Both the position numbers and the translations under genes were made by a program. Under the pieces are notes generated by a model. It was not told the DNA's origin and did no database searches. It saw nothing but the letters and a program-made list of their open reading frames with translations. Below, piece by piece: positions 29,726-39,231 of a DNA stretch of 64,000 nt. Origin of the DNA: Flavobacteriales bacterium (lineage in GTDB: Bacteria > Bacteroidota > Bacteroidia > Flavobacteriales_C > GCA-002722245). Position 1 is the first letter of the stretch, and each line of letters starts with the position of its first letter. The stretch spans positions 25,394 through 89,393 of the forward strand of contig JAHEZM010000009.1 of NCBI GenBank assembly GCA_023251075.1, in the 5' to 3' direction.

Positions 29726-29807
29726 CAATAGTTCCTTCGTGCCTCAGGATGACAACCACAGTACAGACAAGTTTTGTATGTCATCCTGAGGCACGAAGGA
29801 ACTATTG
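29726..29807. repeat. palindromic intergenic repeat element, copy 2 (29-bp perfect inverted arms, 24-nt spacer)
   Basis: The left arm 'CAATAGTTCCTTCGTGCCTCAGGATGACA' (29726-29754) and right arm 29779-29807 are exact reverse complements. The core is identical to copy 1 at 14154-14245. It lies between the ROK kinase stop and the enoyl-CoA hydratase start. Confidence 0.85.
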
Positions 29808-29816
29808 TCCTGTATA

Positions 29817-30779
29817 TTATTTTCTTCCTTTTGAAACTTCTTCGGCTGCTAATGCTGCTGCACCAACAATGGCAGCATTGGGGCCAGGTAAAGTTGACTT
29901 CAATAATTTTACTTTCCCTTTCCACATGTGCAACATAAATTCGTTCATGTATTTTTCGGTTGGAACCAGCAATACTTCATTTGCTTTAACCATTCCACCA
30001 TAAAGAATAATGGCTTCCGGACGAGTTATCGCTACCAAGTTTGCCAAACCGATACCTAATTTCCTTGCTGTGAAATCAAATATTTCAATCGCCAATTGAT
30101 CACCATCTCTTGCTGCATCACCAATCATTTTTCCGGTTATATTTTCTTTACCTACTGCTTTTAAAGTTGAATTGCCTGTGTAGTTTTCAGCCATTTGTCG
30201 GGCAGTATTTACTAGGCCGGTAACAGAAGCATAAGTTTCCAAACAACCATATCTTCCGCAGTTGCAGAGGCGTCCGTTTTCTTCAATAATGATGTGTCCG
30301 AGTTCTCCGGCAAAGCCGTCGTGCCCGTAAACCATTTCATCGTTCACCACTACTCCTGAGCCCACTCCGGTGCCTAAAGTAATTACTGCGAAATCGCGCA
30401 TTCCTTTAGCAGCACCAAATAGTTTTTCTCCAATCGCTGCAGCATTGGCATCATTGGTAACATAAGTAGATAATCCTGTTCTTTTTTCAATTTCTTTTTT
30501 CAAAGGTAAATCACCTCTCCACAAGAGATTCACGGCTTCCTGAATCATCCCGTTATAGTAATTCGCGTTAGGTGCACCTATGCCAATACCTAAACATTCT
30601 TTGTCTTTGTTGGCGTTGATAATGGTTTTAATTTCGTCAGATAAAGTATCTACAAACATTTCAAAAACGGGATAGGCTTTTGTTGACAAATTTTTGTAAG
30701 CTACAACGTGTCCCTTTTCATCAACTAATCCAATTTCTGTGTTGGTTCCTCCAATGTCGATTCCGATAGTGTATTTCAT
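29817..30779 (-). CDS. ROK-family sugar kinase (glucokinase / N-acetylglucosamine kinase-like)
   Basis: 320 aa. 'IGIDIGGTNTEIGLV' is the ATP-binding motif. 'CNCGRYGCLETY' is the ROK zinc-binding CxCGxxGCxE motif. Confidence 0.85.
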   Translation of the reverse strand: MKYTIGIDIGGTNTEIGLVDEKGHVVAYKNLSTKAYPVFEMFVDTLSDEIKTIINANKDKECLGIGIGAPNANYYNGMIQEAVNLLWRGDLPLKKEIEKRTGLSTYVTNDANAAAIGEKLFGAAKGMRDFAVITLGTGVGSGVVVNDEMVYGHDGFAGELGHIIIEENGRLCNCGRYGCLETYASVTGLVNTARQMAENYTGNSTLKAVGKENITGKMIGDAARDGDQLAIEIFDFTARKLGIGLANLVAITRPEAIILYGGMVKANEVLLVPTEKYMNEFMLHMWKGKVKLLKSTLPGPNAAIVGAAALAAEEVSKGRK

Positions 30780-30788
30780 ATTTTGTTT

Positions 30789-33700
30789 TTATTGATCATT
30801 ATTATTGGGTAATTCAACAAAGAAAGTAGTTCCGATATTTTCGGTGCTTTCGAACCAAATTTTACCATCGATACCTTCAATCATTTTCTTCACCATAGCC
30901 AAACCTAAGCCCATGCCTGAATTCTTGGTGGTGAAATTAGGAATAAAAATTCTGTCTTTATCTTCTTCTGAAATTCCTTTTCCATTGTCCTGAATTTCAA
31001 CTAAAATTTTATCGTTAATATTTTTCAATTGTAAAGATATTTTCCCCGTTCTACCTTCAGGTATAGCTTGTATAGCATTTTTCACGAGGTTGTTAAACAC
31101 CCTCAACATTTGATCTTTATCTCCTTTTATTAAAGTATTTATTGCGTTATTTTCCACATAAATATTTACTTCTTCTTTATCGGAATATAGTTGTTGGCAA
31201 TTTTCTATAATGTTAAGCATATCTACTGTTTCGAGAATAGGATCGGGCATGCGTGCGAAGTTTGAAAATTCGGTAGCGATGTTAGAAAGCGTATCAATTT
31301 GGTCGATTAAACTTTTTGAAATTTTAGTGAGTCGTTCTTCAAATTCCTCTTTCGATATGTCGTTGTATAAGCGAGTTAAATATTGCACATTTAATTTCAT
31401 GGGGGTGAGCGGATTTTTTATTTCATGTGCCACCTGTTTTGCCATTTCACGCCATGCTCCTTCGCGTTCCGATTTTGCTAATTTCTCAGCACTTTCCGTA
31501 AGTTCTAAAACTTTTCTGTTGTATTCATTTACCAAATTCCCAATTTCATCATTGCTCTTCCACTCAATAATTTCATTGTGTTTTCCAATGGATATAGATT
31601 TTAATTTTTGTTGAATGAAGCTAAGTGGGCGCGTAATATAAGAAGAAACCAACAGTGCAGTAAGTAAAGAAAAAATCACTAAAATTCCATAAATGTTAAT
31701 GAGTGCAATCATAAAGGAAGAAATCTCATTGCTTAATTCATCGTGATGCGAAAAGTATGGTAAATTCAAGTATCCTACGAGTTCTCCTGAATCTTTGTGA
31801 AATGGATAATAGGCTGAAAGATATTCTAAACTTTCAATATTTTCTGTTTGTGTATAAACAGTTTTATTGTTGAAACGCATTTCCACAAAAGCCTGCGGAT
31901 TGATATTGGTAGATAGCAGCCCTTCAGAAAACAATTCATTTCTGGAGGAAGCAATAATTTTTCCCTTGGTATCGTACAGGTTAATATCGGTGAAAAATAC
32001 TTTCGAAAATCGATCTAAAGTTTCTCTAATAAATTCAGGGTTATCATAGGCTTTTTTTCTTGAAAGCCGCCTTTCTACTTCGAGGTTTACTGATTTTATT
32101 TTTTCAATAATATTGTCTGCATTTTTTTTGTCGTATTGTTTATTGATAAAGTAAACAGAACTAATTCCTATCAATGTTCCTGAGAAAAACAAAAGTGTAA
32201 GCATGCTAAATTGCAATCGACTTTTAAAGGAAGCCTGAGCAGTGTTTTTCGCTCTTATATAACTTACGGCATAAATACAAAGTGCGATAAAACTAAACAG
32301 CAAAAACAAAAAAGAATAGCTTGAAAAATAATGCCAAATGCCCCCCGATTCTTTAGAAAGAATTAAAATTGATCCGTTGTTTCTTTTGTGAAAAAGATGA
32401 TTGTAATCGTTGAATTCCTTCCATTGAAACTCGTTATGTAAGGTGTCGCTTAAAGAATTAAATATTTCGGGATAGGAATAATTTCCTTGTTGGTAAACCA
32501 ATTTGTTGTTGATGTATTTAGCTATAGAGTAAGCACGATCCAGTGTATTGTTTTCTGTTTGTTTATTTACCAGAAGTAGTGGATATCCTAAATCATCAGA
32601 AATATTTTTAGGAATCATTAATACAAAAACATTTTGTTTTCCGGTAGATTGTAAAATGCCGAAGTAAGCGGAAGCTCCTTGAATGTTTTCTGAATGAAAA
32701 AGATTTTTACGAATCATTTCCATGGAGTTCATCAAACTGTCGGTAGTAATATGAATATCATATTTCGCCCAATATTTTTCGAAGCAGGTGTTGTGAATGT
32801 ATTGTTCTAATTTTAAAGTGTCGTTTTCTAACTTAAGAAGAGTATCTGCGTTCAGTTTTTCTTGGATATTTGCAAATAAATATTCAGCAATAGGATCTCT
32901 CTCAGTAGCCATTAGTAAGGCTTTTTGTGTGCGCTTATCTTTTTCTTTTACATCAATATATTTTTCAATGGTTACCGATGTAAACAGGGATAGCAGTAGT
33001 AATAAGCCAATAGTAGAATTTAATTCAAAGGAAGAATGATTTTTGTAAACACGATAAATGATCACAGCAATTAAGGGAACCGAAAGCACTAAGCTATAAA
33101 CATCCTCTTTATCGCTATTCATTAAAAGCACAAAGAACACCGTGCATATGGCTACTAAAGTGGTAACAATGTTTTTCCATTCTATGTTTAATTCTTTTAA
33201 AATTTTTACTCCCCAGGTGAGTAATTGTGTGTAGGAATACAGAAGAATGATAATACATAAGAAAGCTAAAAAGCTGTATCCATCTAGAGTAAAAATTTGT
33301 TTAATGTCGAGCTGAACATTAGAGTTGAATACCAATAATTCTATTTGTTCAGCAACATTCCAGGAGGCAAAAAGAAATAGAAAGCAAAAACAAAAAGAAA
33401 AGAGATAAGTACGAGTTTTGCTAAGATTTTTTTCCTTTGGTAAATTAAATTTTTGGGAGAAAATAAATTGTACAAATACCAAAATAAAAATACTATGTAT
33501 AAAAAAATCTCCTAATGAAGGAAGCCAATTGGAATAGGCAAAAAACTCTGGATTCATCATCGAATGATTGTACCAGTGAAAAGGAAATGATAACCACAGC
33601 ATTCCGGCTCTCAGCGCAAATAGTACGATGGCCAAGGTAAGCGATTTCAGTACCGGATTTAATACACTTTGCTTAAAGTATAGGTATATCGCAAGAAGTA

Positions 33701-34406
33701 AAACGAGCAATGAAATGAATTCAATAACAAATAAGAAATTATCATTTTGATATTCATTTAAATTCGTATTGTTTTTTAGTTGAAGATAGTTTCCTGCTAA
33801 CGATTTTATTTCTGTTTTTCCTTTGCTTATTTCTACTTTCCACTGATGATCAATATTGTAATTATTTGCAAAATAGGGAGTGATATAAGAGTTCTCATAA
33901 CGATGTTCTTTTTTAATTAGAAGCAAGGCAATTATTTTTTTGCCTTTACCGGCATCTAAAGTATATTTTTCATAAAAGCCAGCAGCGTTTTGAAAGAACC
34001 CATCTTGCTGAGTAATAATATTTTCGGTGGGTTCAGAGTTGGTGCTCCATAATTTTAGTGAAGAATCTTGTACTACGAATAAAGAAAGTTGATGTTGTTT
34101 AAATAAACTTTTAAAGTGCGCAGAGTTGTTTTGAAATATCTCTTCGTAATTATTACTGCTTAGATTTTTTGAGAGTAGTATGCATTCTTCAACCACTAAC
34201 TTTTGTTCCTTTTTGAGTTGTGTGGAAAATTCATCTAATTTCCTGTTGAATTGCTGAACGTCATTATCCAGCCAAAAGGAAATGGATGCTATCAATAACC
34301 CGGCAATGGCAAGGACAAAGAGAATGTATATGTTTTTCTTTTTAACTTTCACATTGCTGTTTCCAACTAGTTGTTTTTGCCTTCCGGACGGAATGGATAA
34401 GCCCAC
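30789..34406 (-). CDS. large multi-TM sensor histidine kinase (periplasmic sensor + 7TM-like block + HAMP-like + HisKA + HATPase; no receiver domain)
   Basis: 1205 aa. The layout is an N-terminal TM, about 180 aa periplasmic, then about 8 TM helices, a second membrane block, and 'HEIKNPLTPMKLNVQYL' (H-box). The C-terminus has 'DNGKGISEEDKDRIFIPNFTTK...GMGLGL' (N/G1/G2 boxes). The start may be the GTG at 34353, since the ORF-track start overlaps the upstream gene by 40 bp. Confidence 0.85.
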   Translation of the reverse strand: MGLSIPSGRQKQLVGNSNVKVKKKNIYILFVLAIAGLLIASISFWLDNDVQQFNRKLDEFSTQLKKEQKLVVEECILLSKNLSSNNYEEIFQNNSAHFKSLFKQHQLSLFVVQDSSLKLWSTNSEPTENIITQQDGFFQNAAGFYEKYTLDAGKGKKIIALLLIKKEHRYENSYITPYFANNYNIDHQWKVEISKGKTEIKSLAGNYLQLKNNTNLNEYQNDNFLFVIEFISLLVLLLAIYLYFKQSVLNPVLKSLTLAIVLFALRAGMLWLSFPFHWYNHSMMNPEFFAYSNWLPSLGDFFIHSIFILVFVQFIFSQKFNLPKEKNLSKTRTYLFSFCFCFLFLFASWNVAEQIELLVFNSNVQLDIKQIFTLDGYSFLAFLCIIILLYSYTQLLTWGVKILKELNIEWKNIVTTLVAICTVFFVLLMNSDKEDVYSLVLSVPLIAVIIYRVYKNHSSFELNSTIGLLLLLSLFTSVTIEKYIDVKEKDKRTQKALLMATERDPIAEYLFANIQEKLNADTLLKLENDTLKLEQYIHNTCFEKYWAKYDIHITTDSLMNSMEMIRKNLFHSENIQGASAYFGILQSTGKQNVFVLMIPKNISDDLGYPLLLVNKQTENNTLDRAYSIAKYINNKLVYQQGNYSYPEIFNSLSDTLHNEFQWKEFNDYNHLFHKRNNGSILILSKESGGIWHYFSSYSFLFLLFSFIALCIYAVSYIRAKNTAQASFKSRLQFSMLTLLFFSGTLIGISSVYFINKQYDKKNADNIIEKIKSVNLEVERRLSRKKAYDNPEFIRETLDRFSKVFFTDINLYDTKGKIIASSRNELFSEGLLSTNINPQAFVEMRFNNKTVYTQTENIESLEYLSAYYPFHKDSGELVGYLNLPYFSHHDELSNEISSFMIALINIYGILVIFSLLTALLVSSYITRPLSFIQQKLKSISIGKHNEIIEWKSNDEIGNLVNEYNRKVLELTESAEKLAKSEREGAWREMAKQVAHEIKNPLTPMKLNVQYLTRLYNDISKEEFEERLTKISKSLIDQIDTLSNIATEFSNFARMPDPILETVDMLNIIENCQQLYSDKEEVNIYVENNAINTLIKGDKDQMLRVFNNLVKNAIQAIPEGRTGKISLQLKNINDKILVEIQDNGKGISEEDKDRIFIPNFTTKNSGMGLGLAMVKKMIEGIDGKIWFESTENIGTTFFVELPNNNDQ

Positions 34407-35041
34407 GAAGCCATAGGTGATGCCTTACGCGTTTGAATCCAAACTTTTCCTTCACCGCTGAATTTACAAACCAATCCTTCACCTGAAAAGAACAAGGATT
34501 TATATCCGCCAAATCGTGTAACACGATAACTTAAGCCACCGGTAAATGCAACAATATTTCCTGTATCTACTACATAAGAATCCTTTACATCAATTTCGAT
34601 GATGCCACCAAAAGAATTAAACCAAAGATCTCCTGTGCCTGTGCATTGTGCTAAAAATAAACTTTCACCGCTGAAGAAGCCTTTAAATCCCTGCCATTTA
34701 GAATCTACTTTTACAGTGGGCGCAGAAGCAACATAGCCTGAACTTTGCAAATACAAAGTTTCATTTCCATTGAGTTTATAATGTACCAAATCGCCAGGAG
34801 AAGCGGGTGCAATTTTAATTTCTGCATCGCCATTTTCTGCAGTGAAATCATTAATGAAAATAGATTCACCGGTTAAAAATCTACCGAAGCCACCTTTCAA
34901 CTTAGTTTTCATTTTAAGGTTGGTATCCATAGTAGCCATTGCCGATGCTTCCACATTTAATGTTTTTCCAGAAGGAATTTTAACGGTGAGCAGTGCGTAA
35001 TCGGGAGCGCCTTCAATATAATGTTCAAATGAGTTTTCCAT
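34367..35041 (-). CDS. AIM24/TIGR00266 (DUF124) family protein, paralog 3
   Basis: 224 aa. It contains 'TGESIFINDFTAENG', 'PGDLVHYKLNG', 'GESLFLAQCTGTGDLWFNSFGGI', 'VVDTGNIVAF' and 'GEGLVCKFSGEGKVWIQT'. This is the characteristic duplicated GES/GEG...GxGxV pattern of the AIM24 family. Confidence 0.8.
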   Translation of the reverse strand: MENSFEHYIEGAPDYALLTVKIPSGKTLNVEASAMATMDTNLKMKTKLKGGFGRFLTGESIFINDFTAENGDAEIKIAPASPGDLVHYKLNGNETLYLQSSGYVASAPTVKVDSKWQGFKGFFSGESLFLAQCTGTGDLWFNSFGGIIEIDVKDSYVVDTGNIVAFTGGLSYRVTRFGGYKSLFFSGEGLVCKFSGEGKVWIQTRKASPMASWAYPFRPEGKNN

Positions 35042-35068
35042 ATTATTCTAAATATTTTTTGTTTTGAA

Positions 35069-35746
35069 TTATCTTGGTTTTAATCCTGGAGTTAAATTGA
35101 AGCCAAATGAGCTTTCGTTGTGTGATTGGCACCAAACAGTTCCTTTTCCTTTGAAGCGACAAATTAATCCTTCACCACCAAAGTAGGAATTGATCCATGA
35201 GGAGCCAGCAGTACCGATACTAAAATTCAATGTTTCCTGAAAGGCAACAATATGGCCGGTATCCACCACATATTCACCATCTACTTCTATAGGATAAATG
35301 GCGCCAAATGAATTTAAAATTACTGTTCCTTTTCCTGATGCGCTCAGCCAAAAAGAGCTTTCACCAGAGAATAAAGATTTAAATCCTTGCCAGTTAAAAT
35401 CAATATTTACATCATGATCAGAGGCAACATAAGAACCTGCCTGCACAATTAATTTATCTCCATTTAATTCGTAAGTGAACATATCTCCCGGCAATGTAGT
35501 TCCTAAGTAAACTTCACCTGCCTGAGCTCCTGCGGTAAAATGATTTAAGAAGAAACTTTCTCCTGATAACATTCTTTTTAATGCCTTGATAATTCCTCTC
35601 TGATCTTTTTTATGCGTAGTGGTTTGTACTTGTAAATTATCACTCATAGCAATCATTGCACCTGCTTCTGCAGTGAATGATTCTCCTGCCTGCAAAGTAA
35701 CTTTTGCCGATGCAGCACCTGGTCCTTTTTCTATTTTTACGTTCAT
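35069..35746 (-). CDS. AIM24/TIGR00266 (DUF124) family protein, paralog 2
   Basis: 225 aa. It contains 'SGESFFLNHFTAGAQ', 'GESSFWLSASGKGTVILNSFGAI', 'VVDTGHIVAF' and 'GEGLICRFKGKGTVWCQS'. Confidence 0.8.
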   Translation of the reverse strand: MNVKIEKGPGAASAKVTLQAGESFTAEAGAMIAMSDNLQVQTTTHKKDQRGIIKALKRMLSGESFFLNHFTAGAQAGEVYLGTTLPGDMFTYELNGDKLIVQAGSYVASDHDVNIDFNWQGFKSLFSGESSFWLSASGKGTVILNSFGAIYPIEVDGEYVVDTGHIVAFQETLNFSIGTAGSSWINSYFGGEGLICRFKGKGTVWCQSHNESSFGFNLTPGLKPR

Positions 35747-35756
35747 AATTTTTTGA

Positions 35757-36416
35757 TTAAAAGAATTTATTCAACCATTTGGTTAACCCGCTAACACTTC
35801 TAGATTGAATGATTATTTTTCCTTTTCCTTCCACACGGGTAACGAGTCCTTCCCCTCCAAAAAAGCTGGAGAAAATGCCTCCCGATAATTGCATTTTCAA
35901 TTTCATTTGAGGTTCGTAGCCTACTAAATGACTAGAATCTACAATGTATTCACCATCAATTTCTTTTTCAATCAATGCGCCATATGCACCATAAATTACT
36001 TTTCCGCTTCCGCTTACCTGAAGTTTGAATAAGCCTTCTCCTCCTACGAATGAAGCGATTCCAGCCCATTTAACACCTAGTTTTATGCCGGGTGTAGAAG
36101 CAACATAACTTCCACCTTGTAAACAATAACTTCCGTCATTCAATTCCAATACCCTCATGTCGCCGGGAGTAGGTTGTGTTAGAGTTACTCTTTTTACCTG
36201 ATTGCTGGTGTTGGTGATATGATTTACGAAGAAACTTTCTCCACCTACATATTTTTTCACCAGTCCGCCAATAATGCCACCATTGGTTTTGGCCGTCATT
36301 TGTAATTCTGCAGCCATACTGGCCATAGCATCGGCTTCTGCAATAATTGTTTCACCGGGTTGTAGCTCTACATTGATGTAGGTAAACGCGGGTTGTCCTG
36401 CTAAATTGATTTCCAT
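35757..36416 (-). CDS. AIM24/TIGR00266 (DUF124) family protein, paralog 1
   Basis: 219 aa. It contains 'GGESFFVNHITNTS', 'GEGLFKLQVSGSGKVIYGAYGAL', 'IVDSSHLVGY' and 'GEGLVTRVEGKGKIIIQS'. Confidence 0.8.
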   Translation of the reverse strand: MEINLAGQPAFTYINVELQPGETIIAEADAMASMAAELQMTAKTNGGIIGGLVKKYVGGESFFVNHITNTSNQVKRVTLTQPTPGDMRVLELNDGSYCLQGGSYVASTPGIKLGVKWAGIASFVGGEGLFKLQVSGSGKVIYGAYGALIEKEIDGEYIVDSSHLVGYEPQMKLKMQLSGGIFSSFFGGEGLVTRVEGKGKIIIQSRSVSGLTKWLNKFF

Positions 36417-36417
36417 A

Positions 36418-37536
36418 TTAATCTTTATCTAAATCTGTTTTTAAGCGCTTTTTAAAAGTATCAAAAGAATTTTTAAAAGTGATGAATTCTTGATTTTTTA
36501 ATTCATTTTTCTTTTTACTTAGCAGTTCAATTCTTTCTCCAATGGCGGGGTGACTACTCACCAACGAAGTGAGCTCTTCGGTATCTTTATCTTCAGGATA
36601 TTCTTTTTGCAATTTTTTAAACATACCAATCATTCCCTCGGGATTGATTTTGGCTTTCAGTAAATATTCCCAACCCGTTTCATCTGATTCGGTTTCGTAT
36701 TCTCTGCTTGTTTTCAAAGAAGTTAACGATCCGCTTGCCTGAGCTAGGGTTCCCATAATGGCGCTGGCATCACCTACAAAAGAGGAGAGCACTACGTAAA
36801 TGCCTAAGTTGGAAATGATACTGCGAACATGATGGCGTTGTGTGCAATGAGAAAGTTCATGCGCTAAAACACCCATTAATTCTTCCCATGAAGCTGCCTT
36901 TTGAATAATGCCAGAGTGAATTACCACATTTCCTCCGGGCATGGCAAAAGCGTTCATGGTGGGATTGTTGGCAATGTAAAATTTAAAATGAAAGGAAGTA
37001 TCGCCTACTGCATTTACCAATGGTTGTAAGGTTTGTGTGAGCTCAGCAATTAAGGCTGAATCTTCAATGAGTTTGTATTCTGCTTTTACTTGTAAAAAAA
37101 GTTTATCACCAATTTCTCTTTCCCACGATTGTGGCACTTGGTTCGCCACTCCTTTAACCATTACTTTTCTGAAAATAAAAATGCATAAAATAACGGCGAC
37201 AAAAAAGCCTATAATACTTAACCAGATGGTCCAGTTAATCGCTCGTTTTTTATTCACTTGCTTTACTCCACTTTTTGCATGATCGTGGTAATGTAAATTG
37301 GGATCTTTCAGTATTTTTTTGTCGGTAGTATAAAAGGAGATATCAGGATAATTAGGATGTTTAAAATAGATTAATCTATCGGAAGCTCCACCAATACTAA
37401 TTTCTGTTTGTGCTAGGGAGAATCGAATTCTTTCTTCATCGAATTTGAAAACAAGGTCACTTAACCCAATTTCAATTTCTACACTTTTTCTTCCCGAAGG
37501 AAATCGATTAGAGATTGCAATTCCTTGATATATCAT
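36418..37536 (-). CDS. M48-family zinc metalloprotease with an N-terminal roughly 100-aa cytoplasmic domain and a single TM anchor
   Basis: 372 aa with 'VLAHELSHCTQRHH' (HExxH) and a downstream 'ETESDETG' glutamate. A TM helix 'WTIWLSIIGFFVAVILCIFIF' follows a soluble N-terminal domain of unknown function. The stop codon is 2 nt from the next gene's start. Confidence 0.8.
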   Translation of the reverse strand: MIYQGIAISNRFPSGRKSVEIEIGLSDLVFKFDEERIRFSLAQTEISIGGASDRLIYFKHPNYPDISFYTTDKKILKDPNLHYHDHAKSGVKQVNKKRAINWTIWLSIIGFFVAVILCIFIFRKVMVKGVANQVPQSWEREIGDKLFLQVKAEYKLIEDSALIAELTQTLQPLVNAVGDTSFHFKFYIANNPTMNAFAMPGGNVVIHSGIIQKAASWEELMGVLAHELSHCTQRHHVRSIISNLGIYVVLSSFVGDASAIMGTLAQASGSLTSLKTSREYETESDETGWEYLLKAKINPEGMIGMFKKLQKEYPEDKDTEELTSLVSSHPAIGERIELLSKKKNELKNQEFITFKNSFDTFKKRLKTDLDKD

Positions 37537-37657
37537 AGTGATTTTGCGGTTGGCTTAAACTTCTGGTGCAATGATAGTTAATTTATGTTGTGCAAGAAAT
37601 ATACATTATGCTAAAATATGTTGAATTAGGTGTTAAATTCGCAACAAAATTATTGTA

Positions 37658-39106
37658 GTGCAGCAAAACAAACGAATTTATTTTTTTAGCATTTTACTTT
37701 TTGTAATTACCGCTTATTTCTCGGTGGGCTCTTTTGAATATGATGAGCATACGCAGGTTTTAGAGTTTGGGGGAATGAAGCTGGGAATAGTGGATGAAAG
37801 TACATTATCGTGGGAGTATGCTGCTAAAATGCGACCATCGATTCAGCCTTTGATGGTGTACTGTACACACAAAATTTTAGCGGTGGTGGGGGCAGATAAT
37901 CCTTTCACAGTGCCTTTTGTTTTACGACTTTTTGCGGCGGCACTTTCTCTTTTAAGTATTCATCTTTTACTCAAAGCTTTTCAAGATAAATTTACTGGAG
38001 AGAAAGCGCGATGGAATTTTTTTCTGCTCTCTTTTTTCCTTTGGTTTTCTGTTTATCATGCTGTACGATTCTCTTCTGAAAACCTTTCTGGCAGAACTTT
38101 TGTCATTGCCTTTGCTTTGTTTTTTCTGTGGAAAGAAAAAAACTTAAAACAGCATTTTTTTATTGGATTGATTTTAGGGTTCTCGTTTTTATTTAGATAT
38201 CAAACCGGATTTTTGATCGCTGGATTTATGGCGTGGATGCTGTTTATCAATAAAACAAAATGGCGTGAATTATTTTCAATAATGTTGGGAATATTAGCTG
38301 TTTTTGCCTTGGGAGTTGTGATCGATTATTGGTTTTATAACGAGTGGGTTTTAAGCACTTGGGAATACTTCAGGCAAAATATCATTTTAGATAAAGCTTC
38401 CGGATTTGGCCGCGATCCGTGGTATTATTATTTGGTTCAGATTTTTAACAGAGGAATTCCTCCTTTTAGTTTACTTTATTTATTGCCTGTTGTGCTGCTG
38501 TTTTTCAAGCCTAAAAATGTTTTATTGTGGATCATTTTACCTTTTCTATTGTTGCATTTTTATATCCCTCATAAAGAACTTCGATTCTTCTTTCCACTGA
38601 TAGGGTTCATTCCTTTGCTGATCATGGAATCGGGCGAAATAATAAAGGAAAAATGGAATATTCTCCACAGCAAATTTTTTAAAGTAGCCAATGTTTTATT
38701 TTGGATTCACAACTTTGTTTTTCTGGCCATCATCTCTCTCAAATCGGCCGATGCTCAGGTTCCTATGTATGAATTAATATATAATAAATACACTGAGCCT
38801 ACGGTGATTTATTATGTGGAGCACAATCCTTATTCAAGAGCCAGAGAGGTATATTATTATAAAAGAAAAAACCTAGAAGTGCGAAAAGTAAATTCTATCA
38901 ATGAAGTAAAATCTTTGGCTGATACTACTGTTTTATTCGCTACTATCAATACCGAAGAAGCCAAACAAATGGATGCAACTCAAACTTTAATTTATTCTGC
39001 CTTGCCCAATTGGCTTAAGCATTTCAATGTTTTCAATTGGGTAGAGCGTACTAAATTTTGGAAGGTTTACCAGGTGGATAAAAAAGTTGAAGTGAATACA
39101 AAATAA
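37658..39106 (+). CDS. GT-C fold membrane glycosyltransferase, GT22-like (Alg9/PIG-B-type mannosyltransferase family)
   Basis: 482 aa with about 11 TM helices. The first-loop motif 'FEYDEHTQVLEF' matches the GT22 'DEHxQxLE' signature. Confidence 0.65.
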   Translation: MQQNKRIYFFSILLFVITAYFSVGSFEYDEHTQVLEFGGMKLGIVDESTLSWEYAAKMRPSIQPLMVYCTHKILAVVGADNPFTVPFVLRLFAAALSLLSIHLLLKAFQDKFTGEKARWNFFLLSFFLWFSVYHAVRFSSENLSGRTFVIAFALFFLWKEKNLKQHFFIGLILGFSFLFRYQTGFLIAGFMAWMLFINKTKWRELFSIMLGILAVFALGVVIDYWFYNEWVLSTWEYFRQNIILDKASGFGRDPWYYYLVQIFNRGIPPFSLLYLLPVVLLFFKPKNVLLWIILPFLLLHFYIPHKELRFFFPLIGFIPLLIMESGEIIKEKWNILHSKFFKVANVLFWIHNFVFLAIISLKSADAQVPMYELIYNKYTEPTVIYYVEHNPYSRAREVYYYKRKNLEVRKVNSINEVKSLADTTVLFATINTEEAKQMDATQTLIYSALPNWLKHFNVFNWVERTKFWKVYQVDKKVEVNTK

Positions 39107-39137
39107 AAATGCTCCCCGGGGAGGAGAGCACTTTATC
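39105..39137. terminator. bidirectional stem-loop terminator between convergent genes
   Basis: 'aaaaaTGCTCcccggggaggaGAGCActttat' is an A-tract, a hairpin centred on the CCCGGGG palindrome, then a T-tract. It lies right after the GT-C stop (39106) and downstream of the 39232 minus-strand gene. Confidence 0.6.
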
Positions 39138-39231
39138 ACCTAAAACTTAAACTATGAAAAAACTAACTTTACTAACTAACTATACTGGTTGAACGCTATT
39201 GAGAAAGTAAAGGTTTCATTTTTCTAAAAAA

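Noticed and set aside
29671-30003. ORF-track CDSs 29671..29925 (-) and 29707..30003 (+)
   Set aside because: Both span the palindromic element and overlap the well-supported ROK kinase gene. Their Cys/Arg-rich translations ('HPEARRNYCP') are simply the palindrome read in two frames.
34353-34406. Overlap of the histidine-kinase ORF start with AIM24 paralog 3
   Set aside because: The overlap is probably a start-codon artefact. The ORF track allows TTG/GTG as Met, and a GTG at 34353 downstream of the paralog stop is equally plausible. It is not evidence of frameshifting or fusion.
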